Shown here piece by piece: positions 8,601 to 17,700 of a stretch of DNA of 56,811 nt; positions within the stretch are counted from its first letter, which is position 1; each line of letters opens with the position of its first letter. The stretch is from a virus (Duplodnaviria; Heunggongvirae; Uroviricota; Caudoviricetes). Both the position numbers and the translations under genes were made by a program. The notes beneath the pieces were generated by a model, which saw only the letters and a program-made list of their open reading frames with translations, was not told the origin of the DNA and made no database searches. The stretch lies in IMG/VR virus record IMGVR_UViG_2698536317_000003; one strand, 5' to 3'.

Positions 8601-10439
8601 GTGATTAAGCGTGTCGTTGTTTACCTCAAAGATTGCGCCTTCATCGACTACAGCCTGTTTGTGAGGATCGTGCTGTGCAGCCTCAATGGTGTACACGCTG
8701 TTGTTTTCGGTTTCCGCTACGCTGGTAATTCGACACAGAACGGGTTTTGCAGATTCAGTCGATACGGCAAATACGGTTCCGTTACGAATCCATGCGGGCG
8801 CTGCCGCAAGGGTAATATTGTTTCCGTTAACTCCAGTGATCTGATGTTTTTTAAACTTGCCGTCGCTGTCCAGTAAGCTGATAGTGTCACCAGTCGCCAC
8901 CAGGTCAGAATCAACCTTGTCTACAGTTATCACCTTCCCGTTATTCGCCACGACGCGACCGCCTAAACGAGCGCCAGCGCGGTTATTGTCGAGTATCTCG
9001 ATAATATCCCCTGGCGTAAAGTGAATCGCGTCACGCGCCATTTTAAACGTGAATTTTGACGGCTCGCGTTTTGCTGTTTCTATCAGCCACTTGCCCGCGC
9101 GGTATGCTTGCCCGCGTGATGTGCACCCGAACGCCTCTAACGTGGTTTCGTTGTAACCATCACGGGCGATCAGTTCATCGTCTGCTACATACTCTTTTGA
9201 TTGCTCCCATCCGTTTTCCGGGTCAGTCCATGATACGATCACGGCGTTGTAGCATTCTGCGCGGGCGATACTTGAACGAGTAAACGCGCCATCAACGACA
9301 TTTGCATTTGTAATGGTGGCGATCGGGTCTAGTGGTGCATCAATCATCACGGTAAGGCGTTGCCCGTCCCATAACGCGATACCCCTGAACATCCCGGCGA
9401 TATTGTCCAGTAAGTCGCGGGCGCTCATTTGCTCTGTGATGTAAGCGTTAAGCGTCATGCGAGGCTCAAGGCCGCCGTAGCCATCATCAACCAACTGGTC
9501 GCAGTATTGAGAAAGCGTATATAATGCGCCGTCGTCAACGTCAATATAACCAGCGTGACGAGCAAGGCCGAAACGCTCGTTTTTAACCAGATAGCGGAAG
9601 ATCCATGCTGGGTTATTGGTGTACGCCTGTTTGAAGCCGCCAAGCCACAAACCGGAATAAGTGCGCTTTTCCGGGTCGTAGTTATCAGGAATATCAACAA
9701 TCAGCCCGCGAAGGTGATAGGTGCGGGTAGGCGTGTCAGCGTACTGATCATGGTCAATTACCGCGCCAGCTACAGCGGTGTGAGGATAAGACAAATTATC
9801 GTCGATTATTTCGCTGTAGCTACTCCATCGCGTATCATTCTGCAACAGATCGCTTGTGCTATCAGCGGTTACACGGCGAACGCGAATATCAAACGGTTTT
9901 TCATCTGGTGCATTGATAATATGCGCTTCAAGATATTCTCCGCTGATCTTACCTGGGCCTATAGTAACGTCTTTAACAAGCGTCCACGTAGAAGAAGACG
10001 AAGGCTTCACGTCAATCATCATCATAACCGATGTGTTATGTTGATTGCTTTGCTCGTCAGATTGTACAAGTGAATCGACGCCGATATTCAGGCGAACGCG
10101 GTTTACGTTAGGATCGGAAACGGTCCTGATTATTGGTGTATCGTGTTTAACCTGTGCGTTAACAATAACGGTTGATTCAATGGCGTTAAAACCGTTAATC
10201 GGTGATTGATCTATCGTACCATTGCGCCACGCTACGCTAATACCGGGGATGCTGGTATTGCCGTTCGCGTCAGTTACAGGGGTGTCATTAAGCATTACGC
10301 TGTTTAATGGCGCATTGGTATTAACAGGACCATAAATCGGACCTTCTGAAATAATGTCGAGTACACGATAAAACTGTTTGTGATATAGATTATCGTTAAT
10401 TAAAGTTGGTGTTTTTGCTTTGCCGCCGCCACTACTCAT
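5655..10439 (-). CDS. J: Host specificity / central tail fibre protein, lambda J-like, with long internal coiled-coil repeat region
   Basis: 1594-aa ORF downstream of I/K/L homologues; N-terminal region J-like; central tandem peptide repeats (RLDQAIADESSARAQAISGVNASI...). Confidence 0.85.
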   Translation of the reverse strand: MSSGGGKAKTPTLINDNLYHKQFYRVLDIISEGPIYGPVNTNAPLNSVMLNDTPVTDANGNTSIPGISVAWRNGTIDQSPINGFNAIESTVIVNAQVKHDTPIIRTVSDPNVNRVRLNIGVDSLVQSDEQSNQHNTSVMMMIDVKPSSSSTWTLVKDVTIGPGKISGEYLEAHIINAPDEKPFDIRVRRVTADSTSDLLQNDTRWSSYSEIIDDNLSYPHTAVAGAVIDHDQYADTPTRTYHLRGLIVDIPDNYDPEKRTYSGLWLGGFKQAYTNNPAWIFRYLVKNERFGLARHAGYIDVDDGALYTLSQYCDQLVDDGYGGLEPRMTLNAYITEQMSARDLLDNIAGMFRGIALWDGQRLTVMIDAPLDPIATITNANVVDGAFTRSSIARAECYNAVIVSWTDPENGWEQSKEYVADDELIARDGYNETTLEAFGCTSRGQAYRAGKWLIETAKREPSKFTFKMARDAIHFTPGDIIEILDNNRAGARLGGRVVANNGKVITVDKVDSDLVATGDTISLLDSDGKFKKHQITGVNGNNITLAAAPAWIRNGTVFAVSTESAKPVLCRITSVAETENNSVYTIEAAQHDPHKQAVVDEGAIFEVNNDTLNHFRVPNIENLKVLNVGSETVQCRATWETQTTTHRLTFEIRVYNADGRVVATYETTNYRYDFYGLDAGSYTLGIRGRNDTGMKGAESIVDLVIGAPAAPIGVNWVPGVFQATVYPISKTTLTTDTAYEFYYSGENQITDPSKVTTLAQFTGRGYQWTFGGMNTGHKYYVYVRTRNAFGVSDFVEASGKPTENFDEISDYVMKDVMESEQFKDMIGDIKDLGDRADLIESATNDLKNATDNLKTATDNLTNITDELRTDTDSLITETGEIKADTDTLKKETEDLYKKVGENTDGIGQHEVRIDSLEVSSERIDSELAQAKASLQNASLALINNSLAQTNTRVTLTAQYKKWQSETNAQIDSIDNVIAEEKRATAESLKTITAEMNTMDSNLKGQISSVERAVADESSARAEAINNVNASIADLDKKTDASVNRLDQAIADESSARAQAISGVNASISNLESKTDASVSRLDKAISDETQARSDAITEVKADLTTLESNTNASVKRLDQAIADESSARAQAISGISAELGKVENNVDKNSDEISQTKASLQNASIALINNSIAQTNTRVTLTAQYKKGRKETNAQIDRIDNVIAEEKKATAEAVSVVKASITDLDKKTEASVSRLDQAIADETSARSQAVSDVNASISALDKKTDASVKRLDQAIANETSARTEAISGVNASINTLESNTESEVSRLDQAIADEASARAQAISGVNASISTLDGKVTSNVTRIDKAIADETKARTDAISSLNSSLTSTINSKVSEVSTALSTHEASSAEKFVQISASFDSVNSSITEWSQSMATADEALSSKIDQLTVTVNGNTTAIETTSKALTDFKGNVDATYSIKLATDNNGMKYATGMSLGLTGNGTNVQSQCIFLVDRFVLMTAANGTYTTPFYVSNGAMYVREAFIKDASITNAKIGSYIQSNNYVSNSTGWKLDKSGTFENYGSVSGEGAMKLTNTTISVRDGNGRLRVQIGRITGSW
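6290..7700. repeat. Tandem in-frame coding repeats inside J-like gene (short units nested in a longer duplication)
   Basis: Repeated DNA blocks such as gcgcttgattcgtcggcaattgc...; protein blocks ASLQNAS(L/I)ALINNS(L/I)AQTNTRVTLTAQYKK occur twice. Confidence 0.7.
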
Positions 10440-10453
10440 GGTTATTTCTCCTG

Positions 10454-10984
10454 TTAACTTACAACGTCTAAGGCGTCTTTATTGTTTGTTGTGTCTATGC
10501 CTAACGATCCGACGTTTGAACCTACTTTCATTTCACCCAATAAAATTGGCACTGGTCTACCCTGGCCCACCCTGTTTTCTATGCTGGTGTATGTGTTGTT
10601 AGATATGGTGTTATCTTGTGCGCTTTCTGCTGATGTTTTTATCTTCATGTTGCGAGACATAAAGATCGAGAACGCAACGCTAACAACCGAAACACCGATC
10701 AAGATCCAGCCTACAACGCCAATCCCTGCAATACCGCCTTCCACCACTGGCGCAACAATGACGGTAGTCCCTTCATGGTATTTACTGTTAACCGCTGCGG
10801 GAGCGGTCTTTTCGTCATAATCTTTTCCGGCAATTCGCAAGCACAATGGGGTGCTTAAAAAAGCCTTCTTGAACTCCTGATTCTGTGCGGTTAATAAGCG
10901 AAGTCCTTGCGCTGGCGTATCAACGTTTAAACACACCTTGCCGTAATATCTTCGAAGATTGCCCGTAAATCTAAATTTGAGCAT
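10454..10984 (-). CDS. I: Tail assembly protein I
   Basis: Matches recalled lambda gpI motifs (RIAGKD, LLGEMKVGSNV); overlaps K as in lambda. Confidence 0.85.
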   Translation of the reverse strand: MLKFRFTGNLRRYYGKVCLNVDTPAQGLRLLTAQNQEFKKAFLSTPLCLRIAGKDYDEKTAPAAVNSKYHEGTTVIVAPVVEGGIAGIGVVGWILIGVSVVSVAFSIFMSRNMKIKTSAESAQDNTISNNTYTSIENRVGQGRPVPILLGEMKVGSNVGSLGIDTTNNKDALDVVS

Positions 10985-11658
10985 TTGTCAGATCTCCATA
11001 TTGAATGAGTTTGCCTAACATAAGCGGGCCGCATTTGCTCGCGGCGGCTTAACAGTCCGGCATTGTCATGATGCAAAACGGTGTTATCGCCCAGGTAAAT
11101 CATCGCGTGGCATGGGTCAGCGCCTTTGAACGGCTGCCTGATTATTACGTCACCTGGCTGGATGCTTTGCGCGTCAACCTGATAAAACCCGTTTAGCGGC
11201 AAGTTTTTTAAATACAGGTTTTCCCCACGCATCCACCACCCATCAAGGCGCTCGAAGTCAGGCAGATCCACGCCGCAAAGGTGATATGCGTCACGGAAAA
11301 GCGAGTAACAGTCTGTTTTCCCGTGTTCAAATTTACGGCCCAACAGGTGCGCCACAGGGCGGAATTTTCTAACCCTGCCACCGGAACACAAATACCACGG
11401 CAGGCCGGAAATAACCTGCTGTTGTCGATCCCGCGCTGACAGTACCAACGAATTGTCAGTATGGGAGTGAAAAACAGCAGTTATAACGCCTAATTCGTCA
11501 GCTTTGATATAATCGTCAGGCGATATTTTAAAGCTGTTGTGCGGCGTTTCAGACACGTTATCGCACGGGTAAAAATAATCGTTATCTATCACCAGCCCGC
11601 AAACTTCCTCGCGAGGGTGAGCGGCGGCATAACGAACCATTTTGTCTTCAAGTGCCAT
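10927..11658 (-). CDS. K: Tail assembly protein K (JAMM/NlpC-P60-like)
   Basis: 243-aa ORF with HSHTD and Cys/His motifs; position between L and I. Confidence 0.8.
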   Translation of the reverse strand: MALEDKMVRYAAAHPREEVCGLVIDNDYFYPCDNVSETPHNSFKISPDDYIKADELGVITAVFHSHTDNSLVLSARDRQQQVISGLPWYLCSGGRVRKFRPVAHLLGRKFEHGKTDCYSLFRDAYHLCGVDLPDFERLDGWWMRGENLYLKNLPLNGFYQVDAQSIQPGDVIIRQPFKGADPCHAMIYLGDNTVLHHDNAGLLSRREQMRPAYVRQTHSIWRSDKCSNLDLRAIFEDITARCV

Positions 11659-11660
11659 AA

Positions 11661-12365
11661 TCAGCCAACCTTACTTGATCCGGGGAAACATGAAATTGGT
11701 AACGAATTAGGGCGCGGGAAACGCAAACGGCAACCGCTGAGGCGGTGACTGCATTTATCTAACGTTGGATCGCTGGTCGGCGCGTCTTTATCAGTCGCTA
11801 CCGGACCGCCACTATATCCGCAACCGTCTCCGCGATATTGCCACTGGCAAACGTCAGCAAGGATGGTGCGCCCAGGGATAACAGCCTTATCTGCGTCTAC
11901 TGGCGTGGATAGTTCGTACTGTACTTGCTCCGCCGTTTCTTCACTCATTGCCTCGACAACGTAAACAGATACCGCCTCAATAGAAGGATCAGCATCTGGA
12001 TTGCCGTTAGGGAAGTTAACGGCGTCCAGGTATTTCACCTCCACCTGGTGGCGGGTTACTTTCATGCCGCGCAGGTCGTTAAAGTCGTTGTTCATTCCGG
12101 TAATAAGCCCGCCAATATTGGCTACTGCCATTTGAGGCCGCGCGTATACCCCCTCGTTTTTCATTTCGAAGCCGCTAACTTCGATCGGGTAGCTGTTGTA
12201 AGCGATACCCTTCCAGATAACATTCCCGTAATAGCCATTAGCGCCGGAATGGAAGCGGACAACATCGCCACCCAGGGGCGTGAGATCTAACTCAAACAAA
12301 TCAATGACCGCGCCGACTCCGGCATCAACGGAATCAATAATCATCTCTCTCGGAATATTGCGCAT
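11661..12365 (-). CDS. L: Minor tail protein L
   Basis: 234-aa ORF with C-terminal Cys cluster; position upstream of K. Confidence 0.8.
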   Translation of the reverse strand: MRNIPREMIIDSVDAGVGAVIDLFELDLTPLGGDVVRFHSGANGYYGNVIWKGIAYNSYPIEVSGFEMKNEGVYARPQMAVANIGGLITGMNNDFNDLRGMKVTRHQVEVKYLDAVNFPNGNPDADPSIEAVSVYVVEAMSEETAEQVQYELSTPVDADKAVIPGRTILADVCQWQYRGDGCGYSGGPVATDKDAPTSDPTLDKCSHRLSGCRLRFPRPNSLPISCFPGSSKVG

Positions 12366-12384
12366 TTTCTCACCTTGTCATTTT

Positions 12385-12400
12385 GTGATCTGTGTCACGC
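12385..12400 (+). promoter_or_regulatory. CRP-like palindrome TGTGA-N6-TCACG upstream of the L/M moron
   Basis: tgtgatctgtgtcacg read directly; TATACAAT -10-like hexamer about 35 bp downstream. Confidence 0.4.
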
Positions 12401-12494
12401 TAAATCATACCAAAATGGATTGATCGCGGTTTATACAATATGTATATTTTACTCAAACGGAAGCACAGTTAACAAAATGGCGCGGAGGTGTGAG

Positions 12495-12650
12495 ATGGCT
12501 GATAAGGTGTGGAGGTTGAAGGTATTCCTGTCAGGTGGCAGGGAAATGACTGTAGCTCTGTATAAAGACGAAGGCGAGGCACTGACTGACGCGCTATTAC
12601 TCGCTGAAGACGAACGCGTTTTGGGGTACAGAATCGAACCTGTCAAATGA
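12495..12650 (+). CDS. Small moron protein A (51 aa), paralogous to N-terminus of next ORF
   Basis: GGAGG RBS 6 nt before ATG 12495; motif VFLSGGREM...DEGEAL resembles VWLSGCKEC...SEEAAL in the next ORF. Confidence 0.45.
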   Translation: MADKVWRLKVFLSGGREMTVALYKDEGEALTDALLLAEDERVLGYRIEPVK

Positions 12651-12662
12651 GAGGTTAACGAA

Positions 12663-13010
12663 ATGCAAAAATATAGTCTTGATGTGTGGTTAAGTGGTTG
12701 CAAGGAGTGTTTCGGATTATTTGATAGCGAAGAGGCAGCTTTGGAAGAAGGAAGGATTCTTGAATGTAGTTTAGGCCATCCAGTGAAATATGCCGCTAAT
12801 CCGGTGCAGATAATTGATGAGGTGGAAAACATGAATCCGAAAGATATTAACTTTAACGTCAATGTTGAATTTGCTGATTCTATGGATCAGTCTTGCCCTG
12901 GTGAAATACACGCAAAAGGTTTCCCGGCAGACGATCCGCAAGCAAAACGCGAATACGAAAAAGCTGCGAAAGACTTCTGCATAGATAACCTGGGCGCATT
13001 CTATAAATAA
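12663..13010 (+). CDS. Moron protein B (115 aa), unknown function
   Basis: GAGG RBS; opposite strand to tail operon; followed by co-directional ORFs and a terminator. Confidence 0.55.
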   Translation: MQKYSLDVWLSGCKECFGLFDSEEAALEEGRILECSLGHPVKYAANPVQIIDEVENMNPKDINFNVNVEFADSMDQSCPGEIHAKGFPADDPQAKREYEKAAKDFCIDNLGAFYK

Positions 13011-13019
13011 GGCGGCAAC

Positions 13020-13268
13020 ATGGGGCGGCGCAATCACGGCGATTATGTGTACACGTTGAAACAAGCCGCCCGCCTCGTCGGTTATCATGAGCACGAATTT
13101 ATTGATTTGCTGATTGAGCGCGGGATACTGTACCAGGTCTGTTTAACGCTGTACCCAAAAGCGAAATACCTACAGGAAAAGTCATTCATCATCATGACGG
13201 ATGAAAACCAGGTCAATCATTCATTCGTTACTGATAAAGGTGTCAATTATCTGCGTGATAACTTATAG
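13020..13268 (+). CDS. Moron protein C (82 aa), probable HTH DNA-binding protein
   Basis: Segment YTLKQAARLVGYHEHEFIDLLIERGIL is HTH-like. Confidence 0.45.
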   Translation: MGRRNHGDYVYTLKQAARLVGYHEHEFIDLLIERGILYQVCLTLYPKAKYLQEKSFIIMTDENQVNHSFVTDKGVNYLRDNL

Positions 13269-13278
13269 GTGGCAGATT

Positions 13279-13416
13279 ATGAAAATAGAAGTTTTGGCGC
13301 TAATAATAATGGGCTTGATCGTATTTGGTGTTCACGCTGCTGGTTGGGACTGGGCGGCAATAGCAAACAACATGGCGCACGCTCACCCAATGAGTTTGAT
13401 GCACATTAACTACTGA
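13279..13416 (+). CDS. Moron micro-protein D (45 aa), predicted membrane peptide
   Basis: MKIEVLALIIMGLIVFGVHAAGW hydrophobic helix; ATG 13279. Confidence 0.35.
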   Translation: MKIEVLALIIMGLIVFGVHAAGWDWAAIANNMAHAHPMSLMHINY

Positions 13417-13421
13417 TAAGA

Positions 13422-13450
13422 AAACCCCGCGCGAAGCGGGGTTGTTATTA
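13422..13450 (+). terminator. Rho-independent terminator ending the L/M moron
   Basis: CCCCGC-GCGAA-GCGGGG hairpin followed by TTGTTATTA. Confidence 0.6.
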
Positions 13451-13645
13451 TACGCCATCAACCAAAAATAAAACCTCCTTGCCTTCCCTGGATCTGCATC
13501 CCACATAACCATCACCAACATCATGAAGATACCATGTATCGCCATTGTCAGCCTTTACAGTAAGGTCGTTGATCTCATAGTCTTCAAATAATGTAAATGC
13601 GTCAGTTTTGTCAACTACACAAGTCCCGTACATATTAACCCCCAC
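13448..13645 (-). CDS. Hypothetical small protein (65 aa) downstream of M
   Basis: ORF co-oriented with tail operon; no recognisable motif. Confidence 0.3.
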   Translation of the reverse strand: MGVNMYGTCVVDKTDAFTLFEDYEINDLTVKADNGDTWYLHDVGDGYVGCRSREGKEVLFLVDGV

Positions 13646-13998
13646 TAGCTGACAACTTGCTCAAATGTTGCGTTTAGCGTGTATACAGGCCCGTCTTTTG
13701 TCATACTCCAGCTACGACAAACAAAAAGCCTTTGCACTCCATCCATCGACGGCGTCCAGTAGAAAGCCTCGACAGCGCCGCGCGCCCTCAAAAATGCTTC
13801 AGCCTGGATCGCCACGTTTCCACCATCACCGCATCCCGCGCTACTGCCTTTAAAAACCAGGGTATAGCTATCAAGCAACGTGTTAATCCCTTTCGCCTGG
13901 CGCTGTTCATAACCATCACCAAGTTTAACGACCGACACATTTGGTTCCCTGGTCACGCTGTAGCTTCTTTGCGGCGTCCATTTGAAAACTTCTGGCAT
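13645..13998 (-). CDS. M: Minor tail protein M
   Basis: 117-aa ORF between tape measure and L, size and position as lambda gpM. Confidence 0.75.
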   Translation of the reverse strand: MPEVFKWTPQRSYSVTREPNVSVVKLGDGYEQRQAKGINTLLDSYTLVFKGSSAGCGDGGNVAIQAEAFLRARGAVEAFYWTPSMDGVQRLFVCRSWSMTKDGPVYTLNATFEQVVS

Positions 13999-14023
13999 GA
14001 TTCCCCCTATAAGTTACATATTG

Positions 14024-14055
14024 TATACATCTTTACGCGTTGCTACGCGAAAAAT
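14024..14055. promoter_or_regulatory. Conserved 31-bp element ATACATnTTTACGCGTTGCTACGCGAAAAAT, copy 1 (upstream of M / moron E)
   Basis: Near-identical copy at 26650-26680 upstream of portal; contains inverted repeat CGCGT-AGCA-ACGCG on the minus strand. Confidence 0.4.
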
Positions 14056-14167
14056 GATAAATTCGTCACAAGAATTATACCCAGTTTACGAAATGGCTTC
14101 ACACAGGACGCAACAAGATGTATATAGAAAGCAAGAAGAGAAAGCAGTACCAACAAAGGGGGCCAAT

Positions 14168-14323
14168 ATGGAACGCTATGTAGTGGTAATGCTGAACAAA
14201 GCATTCGAACAGGTGGAAGTTGCGATTGTGAAGGGTTTTGATGATGCATTCAAATACGGTCAATTCATGATGAATGCAAAAGAAGATGAATACCGTGATT
14301 TCTTCCTGAAAGTGGTCAACTGA
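14168..14323 (+). CDS. Moron protein E (51 aa), unknown
   Basis: AAGGGGG RBS before ATG 14168; opposite strand to tail genes. Confidence 0.4.
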   Translation: MERYVVVMLNKAFEQVEVAIVKGFDDAFKYGQFMMNAKEDEYRDFFLKVVN

Positions 14324-14343
14324 TTGATTGCGTGGGGTGAGTT

Positions 14344-14598
14344 ATGAAATTGGTGGCGATTGGCAAAAACCTGAAAGCACAGAAAAACGCACAGGACCGG
14401 ATCATCAAAAAGGGCAAGGCTTTATTAAATGCTTTCCTGAGAAAAGAGGCCACCCCCAAAAAATTACGCGATGGCTACGGTTATAAATTTGATATTAACC
14501 CCGACTGGCGGTTATTCAGCGAAGATTTAAAGGCGTGGTTAATTATCGACCATCTGGAATATAACAGACACTGTGGGGTTAAAGGGGCGCATAAGTAA
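14344..14598 (+). CDS. Moron protein F (84 aa), basic, unknown
   Basis: ORF co-directional with E between M and tape-measure genes. Confidence 0.45.
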   Translation: MKLVAIGKNLKAQKNAQDRIIKKGKALLNAFLRKEATPKKLRDGYGYKFDINPDWRLFSEDLKAWLIIDHLEYNRHCGVKGAHK

Positions 14599-14732
14599 GG
14601 CGGGCATGAAGGGCGATAAATTCACCCGGCGGGGAACTGGAATGTTTGACAGGTAATTTTGGATAGGGTGTATCGCGCGGAATGGTTGTTTATAAATACG
14701 AAAATAGCCCCGGCATTGTACCGGGGTTTGGT

Positions 14733-17700
14733 TTATTTGCGGCGAGGTTGCAACATTCCTCCCGGTCTGGATGATTCGCGGTGTATCAGGCCCATACAGA
14801 TCTTTTCCATATCCTGCTGTAGTTTTTTGGCGTCCTCATCACTCCATCCATTTTGTGGGTAAACACTAATCGGTGCGTTTATACTAACGTTACCGCCGCC
14901 CGCACCACCAATGTCGCGATTTGATATTATCCTGCCGTTGTCACCCGGAATCATGTACTGCTCGCCGTTTCGAGATTGGAAGATCTCTGGCTTGCCGTGC
15001 TCGCCAACCCTATAAAGATTGCCGCCATTAACCGCGCCGCCGTTATAGCGAGCACCCGCCAGGCCAAGCGCTTTTGCCCCAGCTAATCCGGTAGCCATCG
15101 CCGCTGACCCCGCCGTCGCTGCGCCGCCCATTGTTGCCACGCTTGCCAGGTATGCCGGGGTGGACCATGCAGAACTTAACGCCACCGCCTCGCCCATTGC
15201 CTTTGCTGTTGCGGCGGCACTGGCAGCCTCCCCTATTAATTGCTGCTTGACCCATTCAGCGCCCATCTGAACAAGCGTACCGATCACGGATGACAGAATT
15301 GTATTGCCAATGTTAGCAAGCGCCTGTTGCCAACTCTGAGTGCCGTTAACCAGTCCGACAAGCGCGTTTGTTGCGGAACCACTCATTGCATCAACAGTAT
15401 CACCTAACAATTGGTTGCTCATTGACTGCGCTTTATATCGTTCCCATTCAAGGGAAAGCATTTCCTGTGCGTGCGCTTTTTCTTGCTCCCTCATATATTG
15501 CTCGGTAGCGCCTAAATCGGTAAGCATTTGTTTGCGAACAGCCCATTCGTTTTGCGCCTGCTGGATTGGGTCTACCTGCCCGCGCACTTGTAGCTCTTTG
15601 TTTACCAGATTATCCCAGCTAGCCTGACGTTTGCGTTGTTCCTCGGTTCCAATTAATTCTTTCCATGCCTTATTGTATTGTTCCGCGCTTATTTTCCCGC
15701 TTTTAAGTGCGGCGTTTAGCGCCTCCTGATCCTCTTTTAATTTCCGTTGTGCTGCAGCTTCTACGTTGTATTTGTCTGCAACATTCTGGCCCCGCTTCTC
15801 AAGCTCTTTGCGCAGGCGTTCAGCCTCTTTTAGACGTTTTTTCTCCTCGCTTTCGCCAGTTTTTTTCCCATGACTGGCCTTTCTTTCAGCTTCGGCGCGT
15901 TTCTGCTCGGTGTCGTATGCTTTGGTCATTGTAGCCATGTATTTTTCATACGCTTCCCCGGTCAGGTTTGCTTTCTCAGCCTCACGCTTAAACCCATCAA
16001 TCGCCTTTTCCCTGCTGGCTGTTTTGGAGTCGAGTTTTGCCAGTTCCAGGCGGCGGTTTGCCAGATCCATTAGCTCTTGCTGATCTGCGTTAAGTGCGGC
16101 TGAAGCGTGTTGCGTTGCTGCTGCTGCGCGTTCTGCTTCTGTGGTGATTCTTCCGTATGCGTCTGCCACCAACCCTAATGAAGTGGCAAGGGTCTTCATT
16201 AGCGGATCTGTATCCTGCATAAGCAAAATATATTTGCGCTGCATTTGATTAAGGCGGTCGAGAATATCCTCACGCTGCGCCTCTTCCCTGGTCAGGCGGG
16301 CTGTGATTTCCTGATTAGCTTTCGATAGGTTGGCGTAAGCGCGTGACCCCTCCTCTGCTTTCTCCAGTGCCTGTTTATTCAGCTCTAGCGCCTGCGTGTC
16401 CTGGTCAATCTGTTTGTTGAGACTGGCAACGTCTTCCTCTAACTGACCCATTGATATTTGTAGTTTATCTGCGCCAGCCAGTTTAGCCGCCTTGCTCATT
16501 CGCTCCAGTGATTCGGTACTAACATCCACTGAATCAGCAAGGTTGCGGTTTGCCTCTGCCGTTTGATCTACGTGATCTACATATGCTGTCAACCCGTAAA
16601 CAGCAAGCATTAACGCGCCAGGGATACCACCAATCGCGCCCAGAGTAGCGCTAAATGCTGTTTTTAGTAGTCCCGCATTAGTCGCCGCCGCAGTGTGGGC
16701 CGCAGCAAGGCGCTGCTCTGCCGCAGTAAGGGCGTTTGATGCCGCCGTGTTCTGTGCTTTGGCTACAGCCAATTCTTTCAGCGTCTGAACTTCGAATTTT
16801 GTTCCGGCGTTTGCCGCAGCATAAGCCTGCGCCTCTCTCAGCCTTGCCGCCGCCGCCGCTGCTGATTGCCGTGCTGATACCACCTGAGCGTTAGCTAGCG
16901 CCAATTCACTCTGAGCGGCCTGCCGTGCCGCTGCCGTTTGTGCCCTGGTTGCCTGAGCGTTAGTTAATGCCTCTGCTGTTGCAGCTACGAATTTATTTAC
17001 CACTCTGCCACCCATCACAGTGGCAAGGCCAATAAATGCAGTAGCTATTTCGTTAAGGTTTTCTGACAGGGTTACAACTGCCGAATTAAAAGCACCAATC
17101 CCGCCCATAATTGACGAATTGCTGCCGAAAAATTTAGCTGCGTTGTTGCCTGCAACAGTGAAAGCCTCCTGCATAGTTGGGGTGAGTTTAGAAAACTCAG
17201 CATCAACCTCCGCTTTCATTTCCTTAAGGGCTTTAATGATAGCTTCACGGGTGATCTTCCCTTCTGCTGCCATCTTGCGCATTTCTGCCGACGATACGCC
17301 CAATGATTTAGCCAAACCCTCTGACAGCCTGGTAGCGTTTTCTGTAACGGAGTTAAATTCATCGCCATTCAAAACACCTTTGGCGAGGGATTGACCCAAC
17401 TGACGGATCCCGCCTTCTGCTTCAGCGGCAGAAGCGCCAGAAATGCGGAATGTTTTGTTAATGGTTTCAACCATATCACCAAGTGCTTGCGTCGATAAAC
17501 CAGCGTCGCGCGTCGAGCGCTCTAATTTACCGTAAAGATCTGCCGTAGCATCAAGATCGCTTCGTGAATTTTGCGCGATCTGAAATACACGCTGATTAAC
17601 GTCTGCCAGTGATTCACCAGCACGAACGCTATTGATTAGCCTGTTATTCACCTCCTGCCAGGCGTTTGCATACTCAATGATTTTTTTTGCTGCCATTGCA

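Noticed and set aside
9555-10073. 172-aa plus-strand ORF antisense to the 5-prime part of J
   Set aside because: Fully nested antisense in a well-supported gene; ends in poly-Arg/His low-complexity sequence; no independent support.
15043-17394. Various ORFs antisense or in alternative frames within the tape-measure gene (for example 15043-15255, 17020-17394)
   Set aside because: Nested in a 1051-aa gene with strong synteny support; Gly/Arg-rich or low-complexity translations.
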